Shown one piece after another: positions 63,510-64,000 of a stretch of DNA of 64,000 nt. Within the stretch, counting starts at the first letter, position 1; each line of letters begins with the position of its first letter. Location of the stretch: the NCBI GenBank assembly GCA_963422205.2, contig CAXMWX010000001.1, forward strand, positions 224,001 through 288,000, given 5' to 3'. This stretch comes from Gammaproteobacteria bacterium (GTDB lineage: Bacteria > Pseudomonadota > Gammaproteobacteria > Eutrophobiales > Eutrophobiaceae). Made by a program: the position numbers and the translations under genes. The notes below the pieces were generated by a model that saw only the letters and a list, made by a program, of their open reading frames with translations, had not been told where the DNA came from and searched no databases.

Positions 63510-64000
63510 GCGCCAAGGCGTGCATGCACCATGTAGTTAATGGTCGGTGCCGAGGTGAGGGTGCAGTAATTCACGCCGGGCAGATAATGCAGGCCGACAA
63601 TATCCTCGGCGTGAAAGTTGGCGGCCCGTAACCAGCGATAAAGCTCGGAAGGGCGGATAAATCGGCTGTAATCGTGTGTGCCTTTGGGCAGTAAATGCAG
63701 CAGGTATTCGGCGGCCACCACCGCCCCCAGATACGATGGCAGGTTGCGGTTAATCGTTGACAGTACGATGTGGCCGCCAGGATTGAGCAGCCTTGCCAGG
63801 GTGTGCAGCAACTGTTCGGGGTCGGGTACGTGTTCGAGCAACTCCATGCAGGTGATGGCATCAAAACGTTGCTCGCTGGTTTGCAACAGCGCCTCGGCTG
63901 TCAGGCAGTGATAGTCAATACGCAGGTGGTGTTCACTGGCATGTTGCCGGGCTGTACGTATCGCTGCCTGGCTGGCGTCAATACCTGTCATGTTCGCACC
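63506..64000 (-). CDS. ubiG: Ubiquinone biosynthesis O-methyltransferase (partial; 5' end lies outside the window)
   Basis: FD.ITCMELLEHVPDP, STINRN, AEY.L.LLPKGTHDY..FIRPSEL, NY. Confidence 0.93.
   Translation of the reverse strand, partial: GANMTGIDASQAAIRTARQHASEHHLRIDYHCLTAEALLQTSEQRFDAITCMELLEHVPDPEQLLHTLARLLNPGGHIVLSTINRNLPSYLGAVVAAEYLLHLLPKGTHDYSRFIRPSELYRWLRAANFHAEDIVGLHYLPGVNYCTLTSAPTINYMVHARLGA

Overview
64 kb of a GC-rich gammaproteobacterial chromosome, mostly housekeeping genes: fabAB, ispG, acs, two divergent peptide ABC systems, a beta-oxidation operon, modABC, gor, corB-ypjD-ffh, sdhCDAB-sdhE-ygfZ, gph and ubiG. Two parts stand out. (1) An accessory stretch at about 7.0-16.8 kb holds a GAF/Fis regulator with no AAA+ domain, phased direct-repeat arrays, a DUF1640 gene, nested palindromic miniature elements, a queC remnant and a Uma2 nuclease. 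It also holds a 1969-codon RTX-like autotransporter that is almost lysine-free and carries Met at its repeat turns. (2) At 36.5-46.4 kb is a 9-gene lipid-modification operon resembling the furan-fatty-acid (ufaM/ufaD/ufaO) pathway, headed by a ColRS-like two-component system and next to glutathione reductase. The block 53.7-56.55 kb (ffh 3' end, dsbB, yheT, ygfZ, sdhE) is full of frameshifts, probably from sequencing error. An AT-rich DUF4145-like gene is split at an A7 run. I saw no rRNA, tRNA, CRISPR array or transposase. All calls come from motif recognition by eye; no database searches were run.
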